Assembly (NCBI RefSeq): GCF_036321535.1 | Contig: NC_087447.1 | Span: 37,574,001 to 37,638,000 of the forward strand | From: Camelus dromedarius | Taxonomy: Eukaryota | Direction: 5' to 3' | Length of the DNA: 64,000 bases | Shown here: piece after piece, positions 1 to 12,000 of the stretch | Position numbering within the stretch: position 1 is the stretch's first letter | Layout of the letters: each line of letters starts with the position of its first letter | Notes under the pieces: generated by a model | Database searches by the model: none | What the model was told of the DNA's origin: nothing | The model's input: the letters and a program-made list of their open reading frames with translations, nothing else | Position numbers and translations under genes: made by a program

Positions 1-156
1 ACGAAAACTGAAATCTTCTTCTGCAAGGGAGTGAAAAAAAATAGGGATAAAATATGTATAGGTTACTATAGTTCCTTATTCAGCCGTCTTACAATTCAGT
101 TACAAAACCTGCTCTCCCAAACCTTGAATAATTTACCATTTTTTTTCTCCATCCAG

Positions 157-183
157 AAAAAGTCAGCAGAAGGAGAGTTGCAG
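157..183 (+). other. Candidate 27-nt microexon (host gene unknown)
   Basis: Pyrimidine tract and acceptor ttttttttctccatccAG ending at 156, 27 nt (KKSAEGELQ in one frame), then donor CAG|GTAAAG at 184. Splice signals only, no transcript evidence. Confidence 0.3.
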
Positions 184-479
184 GTAAAGGCACAGGGGTC
201 CTATTGGTATTTGTTTACCTGTGTGATTGATGTGGTCAGATCTGGTCAACACTGAGCTCCTCCGGTAAGTTATTCTTTCACTAACAGGCTCTGACAGGAA
301 AGAGGGTGCCTCGCATGCCTCTCTAGCCCAAAGGGAAATGTCTGCCCTCAAGGCTGAGCACTCGGGCAGCCCCATCTTGCACGTTAGTCATACTAGGCAA
401 CAAATTTGAAAAGTTGACCTAAGTTTCTCCAAAAGTTGGGACAGTGAGAGGCCACTGGGACGGAAGGATCCATCTCTAC

Positions 480-639
480 TTTGGGTGTGTATTAGAATAA
501 TCTGGAGAACTTTTCAAACATACTGATGCTTAGAATTCCACCCCAGACTATTTACATTAGGATCTGGAAAGGAAGACTTGGTAATTTTTAAGCCCTCAGA
601 TGATTCTAATATTCAAGTAGGGCTGAGAACCACTGGTCT
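480..639 (+). mobile_element. MER5-like hAT-Charlie DNA transposon remnant
   Basis: Resembles recalled MER5 consensus (attagaataatctggagaac...ccccagac...tgattctaat...gctgagaaccactgg). Confidence 0.7.
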
Positions 640-1174
640 GAATTGGAACCAGCCAGACACTCATCAGCATTTAGTGTTACAGGAGCTGCATCGGTCTTCA
701 GAAAGTCAGAATTCCAAGCATCAGTGCCTTTGCATATGCTGTTCTCTCTCTGGAATGCTCTTCCCCACTCCTTCTTTCTACCTGGAAAAGAAAATTATCC
801 TTTAACCTCAAGTGTAAATGTTACTTTCCTATGAAGTCTCTCCTGATTTCCCCAAGAAGAGTTGCTTCAGCATCTACCGAGAGCCAGACACAACACTCAA
901 AGGATCATTAGACTAACCCGCTCTTCTCAGAGGGGGTTCAAGAAGAGAATCCCCATGTGTCCAGCAACCATCTGAGTCCCAGCTGAGAAAATTCTGAGAA
1001 TGTCTTGGTCCCTTTTGCTCCAGATAAAGAAATTCAATTACCCATTATCAGAACTGCACTGCCTAACACTAGAATGCCTTGATATGAAAGCTTTTGTATT
1101 TAGTAAACTGCACAGCTTGTGAAAACCCCCTCGAAACATCTGGCAGGAGGCCCAGCAGAGGTAAGGCTGAAACC

Positions 1175-1230
1175 TCTAATGATGCAACATGTAAACAAGT
1201 GTTTTGTTTCAACTGATAATCATTAACTTC
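1175..1230. promoter_or_regulatory. Compact motif cluster: C/EBP-ATF-like, forkhead, HNF1
   Basis: TGATGCAAC 1180-1188, TGTAAACA 1190-1197, GATAATCATTAAC 1215-1227 (one mismatch to GTTAATNATTAAC). Confidence 0.35.
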
Positions 1231-1463
1231 CAGTGTCAGCCTTACCCCCAGAGGTCTGGTTCCTCAGCCTTGCGAAGGCCTCTGGGAAACAGCAGCTGGG
1301 ATGGGGCTCGTGCACAGCCGATGGGGCGAGAGGGGGCAGGCAGGCCTGTCACTATCAACCAGAAGAGCAGGAGGTGACAGGAGCATATGCCTCTAATAGA
1401 AGGGAGTGGAAACAGAGTCCTAACCTCCTTTCAGGGACTTTGATTCTGGGCAAGGGTTGCCTC

Positions 1464-1590
1464 TCAGCTGTACCTCTGGCTAATCGTGTGACCTTGGGAA
1501 GGAAGCTCAGTTTCTCTGCCAAATGGAATTAACAAAGGTCTCTGTTTTACAGGGTAGTTGTGAGACTTATGTGAGAAAATATGTTCCAAA
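1464..1590 (+). mobile_element. MIR SINE fragment
   Basis: MIR core: gtgtgaccttggg...ctcagtttc...aaatgg...cagggtagttgtgag. Confidence 0.7.
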
Positions 1591-2050
1591 AGGCTTCTGG
1601 CAGAGCCCTGACTTACAGAAAGCAGTCGATAAAGGAAATTTCTTTCTCCATTCTTCCCTTCAGACATTCCTACCTGGGACCCAGACTAGTCTGAAGACCC
1701 CTTTCCTAACTCAGTTAGTAAAGGCTATTAGCCTCCAGGATCACTGGGCTGAAGTTGGTGGTGTCTGTACACATGAATACCGAAATACAAACCCATAACA
1801 GAACAGCTGGATTTTCACTCTCATTGACCTGGTGCTGAGTAAGACTTCACTCTGTAATTCAAATATTGTTTCATTCAGTCAGCTTTAATTAAGTAACTAC
1901 TATGTTCCAGGCACTATGTGCACTAAGATGATTGAGAAATGTGTTCACAGCTTGGGTTCCTGGAAAGCAGACACTAACTCAGACACTGAGACAGACAAAA
2001 GTGAGGGGGGTTATCACAGAGTGCATTTAGAATCCATACCTGTGCAAGAG

Positions 2051-2214
2051 AGATATGGACTGAATTGTGTCCCTCCGAAACTCATATGTTAAAGCTCCAA
2101 CCCCCAATGTGACTGTATTTGGAGACAGGACCTTTAAGGAGGTAATTAAGGTTACATAAAGTCATAAAAGTGGGATCCTAATTTGGTAAGACTGGCATTC
2201 TTAAGGGAAGAGGT

Positions 2215-2248
<34 letters not shown>

Positions 2249-2476
2249 CACCCCCCCCCCTTCTCTGCATAGCACAGAGGAAAGATGGTGTGAGGACACA
2301 GTAAGTAGGTGGCTGTCTGCAAGCCAGGAAGAGAGGCCTCACCAGAACCTCACCACAACCTAGCCAGGACCTTGACTTGGGGCTTCCAGCCTCCAGAACT
2401 GTGAGATAACAAATTTCCACTGTTTAAGTCACCGAGTCTGTGGTGTGCTGTTCGGCAGGCTTAGCTGACCAGCACA
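2051..2476 (+). mobile_element. MLT1A/B-type MaLR solo LTR with internal (TC)n, nested in an older LTR-like element (~1945-2760)
   Basis: Starts tatggactgaattgtgtccc, contains gtgactgtatttggagacagg and cttccagcctccagaactgtgaga; (TC)15 at 2217-2246. Confidence 0.85.
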
Positions 2477-3119
2477 GGAGATGAAGGGAGCAGGAAGGGG
2501 TAGAGGCAGACACTGAGCTGTCATGCGGGCCCCGTAAAAGCTCAGGTGACCCCATGGGGAGCTCCGGAGCCGGGATGGCCTTTCAGAGCCATTTCCAGAG
2601 AGAGTGAGGGGCTAGGCCTTTATGCCCCCTAGATCATCAGTCACTGGAAGCAGGCTGCCCCTGAAAAGAGGCGTGACCCTGGAAGAGGCAGTTTCCTTCA
2701 GCAGAAGCAATCCCCAAGAAGGCTGGCAGGACTCCATGCATCCATCCCAGCGTCCCATCACAATGCAGGGACCTGGAGACTGGTGCCCTTTCTCCAGCAC
2801 CCACCACATGCCAGAAGCTTCACAAATGTCATTTTATTTGATCTTAACAGCATTCTTGTGAGATAGTACCCCTTTAACAGAGAAGGTGAAATAACTTGTC
2901 CAAAGCCACAAAGCTGACAAATAATGAAGGCAGAATTGAAGAAGAGGCCTCTCTTTCCCAATAACCTTACTCCTGTCGTGACATCATGCTGCTCCCCCTT
3001 GGAGCCCTTCATCTTCGGCAGGAAGTACTCCGTGTCCTCCCCCAGCAGTCAAAGTTCCCCATAGCACCTTGTGCATCTCCTTCAAAGCCTAGAGCACTTT
3101 GCCTTATGAATAAGCATGT

Positions 3120-3330
3120 TAGTTGACATGTATTTAGCATATACCGTGTCCCAGGCACTGTTCTAGTACTTCTTAAATATTAATTTATTTAATCTTTCCA
3201 ACAGTTCTCTGAGGTATTATTGTCACCATTCTCACACTAATGAGAAGGCTAATAAGACGCAGCCGTTAAATAACTTTCCCAGAGACACCCAGCCAGGCTT
3301 TGAGCCCACGCGATCTGGTCCCAGGTATTA
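3120..3330 (-). mobile_element. MIR SINE
   Basis: Antisense MIR: ccaggcactgttctag...tttaatcttcc aacag...aactttcccagagacaccc...tttgagccc. Confidence 0.65.
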
Positions 3331-4139
3331 TATACTATCCCGTCTTAGGGGTCTAGTGGTCATGTTGGCCTCCCTTCTGGTCTCCACATACTTGGAGAAA
3401 GTGATCAAGTCTTGTTCATCTTTTCCACCCCTTACCAGTGCCTTACCTGTGACTGACATATGCTACAGTTTTTGTAAGAATTTCCCTAAACAGCTGAATG
3501 ATGCCTTGCACATGGACATTTTGAAAATCATTTGACTTGATTTATGTGGACAAAGCCTAGAAGAAAAGAGAGACAAATAAAATTTGTTTGCTCTGTTGAG
3601 ACACTGAGATCATGGGTGAATTTTAATATCTAAATATGAGACAATATTGATTTTTAAGAGCTCAAAATGGATGATGGCAAACTTTCTCTGCATTTCCTAT
3701 CACTGCCATAAGAGCAGACATCTGGTACACGTCTGATGGCATCACTCCTGGAATGCAGGCTTCCCCTGGTCTATGAGGATCAGACCCAGATCCCATCTCA
3801 GATGTCATGGTATGGCAGTCTTTCCAACAATCCCATAACCAGTTCTAAGATGAAAAGATCAAAACTCCTATCATCACAACTCAGAGGTTATTGATACCCG
3901 GCAATGATATAAAGAATATCTCATTGGCCATTTAAGCCTGTTTCTAAGTGAACTCTAGTGATTGGACACATTCCCCAAGTCTCCAGATCTTCTATCCAGT
4001 ACGATGTTTAGATGAGTGGACGCTTATGCACACCAGGCAGCTGGTAAATCATTAAAATGAGCCAGTGGCCAGAGAGGCTCTTAGACAGAAATTACATTGA
4101 GTTCTCTCATCTCACTCCCATACCTGCTGTTTACTTTAT

Positions 4140-4810
4140 ATTCACTCACTCCTTCATTCATTCATTCATTCACTTATTCATTCATTCAACAGATGTGATT
4201 GGGGTCCTACTGTATGCCAAGAAGTTTTCTAGTCTTCAAGAATACACAATGAACAAGCCAGATGACTCCCTTTCTTTCAGAGTTTATAGCCTAGGGGGAG
4301 GAGATGAACGATAAACAAATGATATAAATTCAGTTCACAATATTTTCTATACAGAAAATAAAACAGAGTGATATTCTGGAAAGTGAATGAGATGCAGGGA
4401 GAAACTGGTTTCAACAGAATGGTTAGGGAAGGATTCTCAGAGGTGACATTTGATTTGAGACCTGAAAAGGAAGTGTCTAACTTTCAGAAAATCTGGGAGA
4501 ACAGCCTTTCAGATGAGAAAAAAGTGAGTGCAAAGTCACTTGCCAGTGTCCCAGGGACAGAAAGCAGGCCAGTGTGGGTGGGGCAGATGAGCAGGAGGGA
4601 GAAGGGTAAGATACAAGGCCTGAGAAGCAGGCAAGGAACAGACCATCTAGGCCTTTACAAGACAAGATAAGGAGTTTGGATTTTATTCCTAGCATGATGG
4701 GGAACCACTGGAGAGCTTTAAGGAAGACAGAATGCAATCTGGCTTAAGTATTTAAAAAAAATCACTCAGACTGCCAAGTGAAGAATGAACTATTGGTAAC
4801 AAAAATGGAA
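4140..4810 (-). mobile_element. L2 LINE 3' part
   Basis: (TTCA)n L2 tail at left, then typical antisense L2 motifs (gaggtgacatttgatttgagacctgaa; ggagtttggattttattcct; atcactc). Confidence 0.8.
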
Positions 4811-5944
4811 TCTTGGAGGCTCAGTTCACTTTCTACTACATGTCTAGCTGTTGATTTGGCTCCTATTTCCAACCCCAAAGTTTCTGCCAAGCAATTTAGG
4901 TTGCCTGGTTCCTTCCACCCCCATGGCTGGCTTCCCCATACTCACCTGTTGCTGCTAGCCACTTCAGCTGCCATCCAACCTGCCCATCTGGCTCTGTACA
5001 AGTGGGGATCAGATAGGTCTTCTAGGTCACAAAAAGCAGTGGTTTAGCTCATTAATGTCACTTGTAAAACCCAAAAGTGCCAACTGCAAGATCCATGAAA
5101 GCAGAGAAAGAATTGATAGTGTTTCTCAAGGTTTCCCCAATGTTATGCAGAAGGGGTGCTCCAAAGATACTGGTTAGATGAACGAATGGATGTAGATGAG
5201 CTGGGTTCTTATTGTTAGGCTGGGATGGAGGGAGGCTCCTCGGATGGAGGGGTCCGGTACCTGTAGCCCAGCAAACATTGTCTTATCTTAAAGGCTCCAC
5301 ATGGGCTGGCATGAAGCGGCCCAGAGGCCCCTTCTTGGATCAGGTGGGACCTGCTAGGCTGCCAGGCTGGTTCATTAGTGGCCTGACATCACACATCTGC
5401 AATTGGGTAATTTCTATGTTAACTACTCCCTCCCACCATAATGAGAGCTCATAACTATGTTTTATATAAAGCCGATTATGTATTTGCACAGAGCCCATAA
5501 AGGGTCAGTGATTATAAACTGTGCTGGGAGTCCGTGGTGTACCCACCATCCACTACCCAGTCCAGACCCACCCTGTGGGATGCATTTGAATGACAAAGGA
5601 TGAGTGGGTTGGGAGGCAAGGGAGATGGGAGTGCAGGACTCCTTGCAGACCAGGAAGGATTTGGGAGATATGTATCCTCTCCGAAAGCACCCTGGTACCA
5701 ACCTATTAGAATTCAAGACAGACTTAGAGCTTGCTGAAAACATTAGATCTAGGAGTGGGTCATTTTTGAAGCTCTTTTTCATTTTCTTAATTTCTTTCTT
5801 ACTTTTTCAGTGTATATATAGATGTGTAAACATATATAATATTTGATTCTGCTTTTATTGAATTTTTTTTTAGATAGGAGGCTACCCTTTTGCCTGGGCT
5901 TGGTGATGGGACAACAAAGGATTTTCAGGACCTGGCATAAGGTC

Positions 5945-6360
5945 TGACTCCATACACTTGGGTTCTGTTATCATTTCCACACTTACGAGCTGTGTTCCCT
6001 TGAACCACCCACATTACTCCCTGAGTCTCAGTTTCCTCATTCATAAAATGGGATCACCATACCTCACATTTTTGGCAGGACTGTTTTGAGAATTAAAGCC
6101 TAACAACATACATTGAGACATTACTTTCAGGTACTTTCTATGTGTCCATTCATTTAAGCCTCTCAACAACCCTTTGTGGTGGGCCCTGATGACATCTCTA
6201 GTTTTAAAATGTAGAAACTGAGAAGTTAAGAGGTTGGCTCAAGGTCACAGAGCTGATTAGTGATGGAGGCAAAATTCAAGACCAGGCAATCTTAATCCAG
6301 AGCCAAAGAATCCAGCAACAGTGCCTGGAGCAAAGTAAACACTCAAAAAATAAATGACAG
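5945..6360. mobile_element. Two MIRs in opposite orientation (minus copy ~6110-6310 inside or next to a plus copy)
   Basis: Plus core ctcagtttcctcat...aaaatggg at ~6027-6052; minus core gaaactgag...aaggtcacagagct at ~6214-6254. Confidence 0.7.
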
Positions 6361-6789
6361 TTCCCGTCACCATTTTTACCCCAGCTTCAGGCCAATTCCA
6401 TGCACAAATCTTTATTACTGTTATCAGACCTTGGGTCTGACTCCAGGTCCTACAAAGGGGATAGAGACATACTGAGAGGCCATGGGGAAGCAGAGCTGGA
6501 GTTGTCTGGTACTCCCAGAGGGTTGATTTCTGGGCTACTCAGGGGACAGAATAGAGCCCTGGGAGTAAGACAGAGACAAGGATGGCAGGAGAAGGACACA
6601 GGGTACAAGACCAGAAATTTAGACTCTAGTCCCCACCTGTTACCTGCCAACCATGCGAGTCTGAGTAGAGTCAGCTGCCCTCAAGGTTCTGCTCAAAGGA
6701 TGGCAGCAGCTGGCTGGGCCAAGCTGGCTCTGGGACTAGATGTGAGGGTGAAGCCCATGCCAGAGGAGTCAGGATGCCCACCCTGAAAT

Positions 6790-6828
6790 AGGGTGTAGAC
6801 TGAGCAGGGTGTAGACTGAGCAGGGTGT
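6790..6828 (+). repeat. Perfect 16-bp tandem duplication (agggtgtagactgagc x2.4)
   Basis: Read directly from the sequence. Confidence 0.95.
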
Positions 6829-7049
6829 CCGGCCCCTTGCCCGCTTTTCTTCCTGGAGGTCACCCGGCTTGTTTGGGTGGCCTCGCCTCCTCTTCCTGAG
6901 GCAGCCAGAAGCTCAGATCTGAAGATCTTGGTGGAGAAAGTCAGGGAGCCAGAGCTCTGGCCCAGCCCACCAAGGATCTGTGGCACACCCTAGCCCTGTT
7001 ACACCACCTTCCAGCCTCAGTTTTTCCTCTTTGAGAAAATGAGAGGGTC

Positions 7050-7460
7050 GATTAAACAATTTTAATGGCTATAGCATCCTGAAAATTCCATGTCCCCGAG
7101 CCTGATTTCATCCACAGCCTTATACCAATATCCTTGGGGCAGAACGATTTCATTGAGGTCAAATGATTGCCCTGCACATAAACAGAAGTGAAACAAAGGC
7201 CCCCTTTCTCCGAGTTGTTAGCTCTCTCACACACACGCACGCACACACTCACACACATTCACGGACACCCTCATAATGCTTATACAGCCCGCCCCCCTCC
7301 CCAATCGTGCACAAAGGCGCACACACAGGCGCGCGGAGGCACAAACACCTGGACTCTCTAAGCCGCTCCTTCCCCCACCCAACTCCTGCTCAAGCCCCAC
7401 CCCCAACCCTCCAGCTCCCCTGCTGGGAAGTGGCGCGGCCCTGCGAGCCTCCCTGTTACC
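7050..7460. promoter_or_regulatory. Candidate promoter-like or enhancer element (CpG-retaining, GC box, CCAAT, SOX-like sites)
   Basis: GCCCGCCCCC 7287-7296, CCAAT ~7301, AACAAT 7055, AACAAAG ~7192, local CpG cluster (ggcgcgcgg), imperfect (CA)n 7226-7258. Confidence 0.4.
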
Positions 7461-10379
7461 TAACCTGATGGGCTGGTGCCACCCAATGGTCAGGATCAGA
7501 AATGCAGCCTTGGCTCCAAGAACCAAAAGACTGGAAAGGATCCCGGGTCATTGAGTCCAACTTTCCCCGTCTAACAAGGCTGTAGCCAGAGGTCCCTTAG
7601 ACCATGAGGCTTTCTATAGTCTCCAAAACCTTCCAAACAAAAGTTTTCTTGCGTGATGCCTCTAGTTCTTCTCCAAAGATCAGGGCATTGTCATTAACAC
7701 TTCGGGTAGCCTTGCACTAGAGTCTAACATTACTGAGTTTGAACTGTGTTCAGCACTACTCTAGAAGCTTTAGATACAATATCTTTTTAATCTTCACAAC
7801 AGCTATTTTTGCAGGGAAGGCATTACTGTCTTCATTTTAAGGAGCTACAACCAAGAAGGAATGGCCCTAAAATGGGACTCTAGCTCTGTCTAACTTGACA
7901 GCCACTTGGCCATCCTGGACCTCATTTTCATCATCTGTACATGGTTGGTTCCAACCATTCATTCAATCATTCTTTCTTTCAGTGAGCTTTGCTTGAGCAC
8001 CTAGTGTGGACCAGGATCTGTGTTGGGGCTAAGAATTCAGCAAACACCAATGCGTGGCCTCTGCCCTTAAGGAAGTCTCAGTCCTCTGGAATCAATGACC
8101 ACTCTTGTCCTCCTAGGTCCCTGACTCTATGACTTAGTGGCTCTTCTCTGCCAACCTGGACAAAAGCCCCGAGGAGAGACCAAAGGGAGGAAAGTAAAAA
8201 GCTGTAGCCTAGGGGGACAAGACAGCCAGCCCACAGAGTAGGAGGAAGGCCAGTGTCCTTGCCCAAGAGTCCCCTGATCCACACCCTGCTAGTCTGGGAC
8301 TAGCCAGTCTGGAAAACTGCCTCAAGCCCAACCAGGGCTAGATCCACTCAGAAAAGAGGGGGATGTGGCTGTGGTTATCTGGCTTCAGCAGCCCTGTGCC
8401 TTCTGTGCCACAATGGAGGCTTCTGGGAAGTACACCAGAAAGGTCAGAGCCAGAGGGGAGAAGCATAACAGCGGTTGGAAGATGAAGTGAGGAAACAAAG
8501 CTTTAATGGTAATTGTAGTTGTTAACTACAGCTCGTTACAATGACAGTCACAGCCCCTGTAAACTGATTCCACCCTGCCTTCCTAGACATCTGTTCCTCC
8601 TTCCATTTCCTCACAGATTCACACTTCCTATGCCCCAAGCCCCCCATCCCCACCCCCTGCCCAGTGCTTAACCTTTGCTCTTTCTCTCACTAATTAACAG
8701 ACAAAGTAATAGAATAATAGAATCTTAGAATGTCAAGCATTGGAAGAAATCATCTAGTCCAAACTTTGTGAAGGAGGAAAATACAACCAGAGAGGGGTTA
8801 GGATTTGTCCAAGGTCACACAGCCAATGAGTAGCATAGTTGGGCCTAGAATTCAGGCACCCCTTTCCAGGGTGAAGACTTTTTTATACTTTCCCTCCTCT
8901 TTTCTATTCACATGCAGTTGGGCACTGATGAGAGCCTACTTTAATTCTGAAACATCTTTTTATCCTTCTTCTCTCAACGTCTCCCATTCAACCCCACTAG
9001 ATCATAAGTCTCTTAAAGATAGAAAATCTCTTTCCTTCTTCCAAAGCCTCAATACTTTTACAATGATTAGCATGTAAATGCTTAAAATTGGATGGATGGA
9101 TGGATGGCTAGAAGGAAGGATAAATGGAAGGATGGATAGAAGCAAGGGTGGGTAAAGACTTTTACATGGAATTTCTACACTCACCTCTTACCTAGTCTCC
9201 TGGTTCCCACAATCTGTCCTATCCTCCACAGTGCTATTAGAGGGACCCTTTTAAAAATAAAACTGAGCCTTTCTCTTCCCTGTGCAAAAAAAGCATTTGA
9301 AAACTTTCCCGTCATCTCATGGATAAGCCAAGATCAGTTAGCCTACAATATTCTAAATAGTTCTTTCATCTACCATACCAGCCTCATGTGCTGTTAACCA
9401 CATAAACACATACACACCCTAAACTCTAGAAATTCATAATGGCTTGCCATTCCCTGAAAGAGGAAGCAGGCATGGCCTTATCTCCAGGAACTTCTTGTTC
9501 TATTTCCATATTCTCAGATTTCTCTCCTGCCAATACCAGAATCTGTTAAGATCCTAACCAACCTTCAAAGCCCAATTCAAATGCCACCTCCGTGAAGTCC
9601 TCCCTAATTCCCTTAATGAAATTGCCATGCGCAGAGCATGTAGTCCTTCAGGCTTTGGTAAGCATGGTGCACCTCATTCTGCCCCTCCTACAATGACTTT
9701 TCAAAACCTTTATCCTGGGCATTGTAGTTAGTCATTTTTATGTCCGTAGCTCCAACAGACTTGTGGCCACGGATCTGAGGATCTGACACAAAGTAAGTGC
9801 TTATTTGGCATTTGTTGAATGAACATTCTTCTTACTACACCATATGCTCCAATTGTCCCTGAGGGTGCCATTTAATTTTATTCTAAAACCACTTAAGTTA
9901 CTTTCTAGGCCATTGTAAGCAAGAGCCCTGCAGGAACGAAACAGTCTCCAAAGAGCCACAGCTCCAGGGCAGGGACAGGGCAGGACTGTAGAGTTGAAAA
10001 TTGCCATACACAAAAGCAGATCTCTTAGGGAGGGGGAGGGGGAGGGGGAAACTAAATCCCATTGGTGGAAGACCCAAGGAGTCGAATTTTGACTCAGCAT
10101 ACAGATCTTGTTCACAAGGAAAGCTGTACAGCAATGGATCAGGCTGCCTCAGGAAGTAGTGAGCCCTCTGGTCCTGCAAGTATGTAAGCAGTGGTTATAG
10201 GTGAACACTGAGAACCAACCTGAGAATAGAAGGTATTGTATAGGGGACCACAGCAATGGGAGTGAGGTGGGTCCATGGACTTGTAAGGTCCACTCCCGCT
10301 GAGAATCTGGGATTCCATCAAACCTCCCAAGAGTGGCCTAAGCAAAATCACCAAAAGTTAGAGTTTTTTAGGACTATTA

Positions 10380-10725
10380 TTGCTCTTTCTCTCCCTTCAT
10401 TTTGGCACTTCCTCTCACCCTGACCTTCCAGGAACTCTGTCCTCACAGAGTTGCTGGGAGTAGGAGATGATCTTGGTGCCCCTCCCCCTCTCATAACCAG
10501 CCTGCCCTGGAGATCACCTGTGTCTTATACACACCGACCTCTCAGGAAGCTCCAGTGGGATTGAGGCCCCGGTGCCCACAGCAGGAAACAACCCACTAAT
10601 GCACCTTTCCTTGTCTTCTCTCCTTCCCTTGTACTTCCCCACTATCTCACTGCTTACTGGAATCATTCTAAATAATCTGCTTGTACCCAAATCTTTGTCT
10701 CCAGGTCTGCACTGGGGAGACAACT
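10380..10725 (+). mobile_element. LTR16-like ERVL LTR
   Basis: Ends aataatctgcttgtacccaaatctttgtctccaggtctgcactgggga, like recalled LTR16-family 3' ends. Confidence 0.6.
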
Positions 10726-11004
10726 CATTCCACGTGGGGAGAGATCAAAATACAGACTTTGTGGTTACTGAGCACTGGATAGGAAACCCAGTTTGGTGAG
10801 TTTGGGAAAGGTAATAAACCACTCTGGACCAAATTCAACATATAAAAAGAGATTAGTAAGACCTGCTTCCCAGACGTCACAGCATTATGTGTGACACAGC
10901 TCTGCATAGTTATATTCACTGAGTGCCAACTATGGGCCAGGAACTATGCTAAGATAAATGCCAAATATGTGATCTTCACACCAAAGGAAAAGCAGGAAGA
11001 AGAC

Positions 11005-11451
11005 TGTAGTGGGCTGATGGTGGCCCCCAAAGGATATGTCCACATCATAATTCCCAGAACTTGTGACCTTATTTGGGAAAGGGGTCTTTACAGATGTAAT
11101 TAAGTTAATGATCTCAAGATGAGAACATCCTTGACTACGCAGGCCAACCCTAAACTCGTTGAAGGATGTCCTTGTAAGAGACAGAATAGGAGGAGACACA
11201 GAGAAGAAGGGCATGTGAAGGCAGGCGCAGACATTACAGAGATGCATCCACAAGCCATGGGACACCTGGAGTCCCTAGAAGCTGGAATAAGCAAGGATGG
11301 ATGCACACCTAGAGCCTTTAGAGGGAGCTCGACCCTGCTGACATCTTGATTTTGGATTTCTGGCTTCCAGAACTGTGAACCAATACATTTCTGCTGTTTT
11401 AGCCACCGAGTTTGTTGTAGTTTGTTACAGCGGTCCTGGGAAACTGATACA
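11005..11451 (+). mobile_element. MLT1C-type MaLR solo LTR
   Basis: tgtagtgggctgatggtggcccccaaag...ttacagcggtcctgggaaactgataca; TG...CA termini. Confidence 0.85.
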
Positions 11452-11729
11452 AATGCATTACTCTCCTTGTTTTACACACAAGGAAGCGAAAGCTTACAGA
11501 AAGGTGACCTGCCCAGGATCATCCAGCCAAAATACGGCAGAACTGGGATTTGAAGCCAAGTCTGTCTGATTGCATAGTGGCCACCCTCAGCCACCACATC
11601 AAGGGAAAGAAGTTGTGTGACGTGCCTCGCACTGTGCCAGGCGCATTAGAGATGCTCCGGGAGTGTTGCTTTGCTCACTCTGTCTAAACTTTCTCCCCCT
11701 GATGCCCATTTTACCCACTGACCATTACT

Positions 11730-12000
11730 TGGGAGTCAAGAGTTAATCAGATAACCCTGTTCCTGCTAATCTATGAGCTTCCCTAGAGTGGGCTTCTTCC
11801 TGGGATACAATTACATTACACACATCTAGAAGGTCCTGAAGAATCAACTTATCTGGTAAGCATTTCAGCTCCATGGCAGCTGGTGGAAAAGATAGATTGG
11901 GCCTGTGTCTTGACTTAATGTCAGTCTGAATTGAAGAGGTGCCAGCCTCATCAGGATAGATTCTTTAATTAACCTGCTAATCCTGTCAGGGATTGGGTTC
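11730..12000. promoter_or_regulatory. Candidate enhancer with K50-homeodomain (TAATC) and GATA motifs
   Basis: TAATCA 11744, cctgcTAATC at 11762 and 11973, TTAATTAA 11965, AGATAA 11749, CAGCTG ~11877, in non-repeat sequence. Confidence 0.3.

Noticed and set aside
3..13. IRF-type site GAAAACTGAAA (similar at ~24444)
   Set aside because: Isolated short motifs with no supporting cluster; the first is at the window edge.
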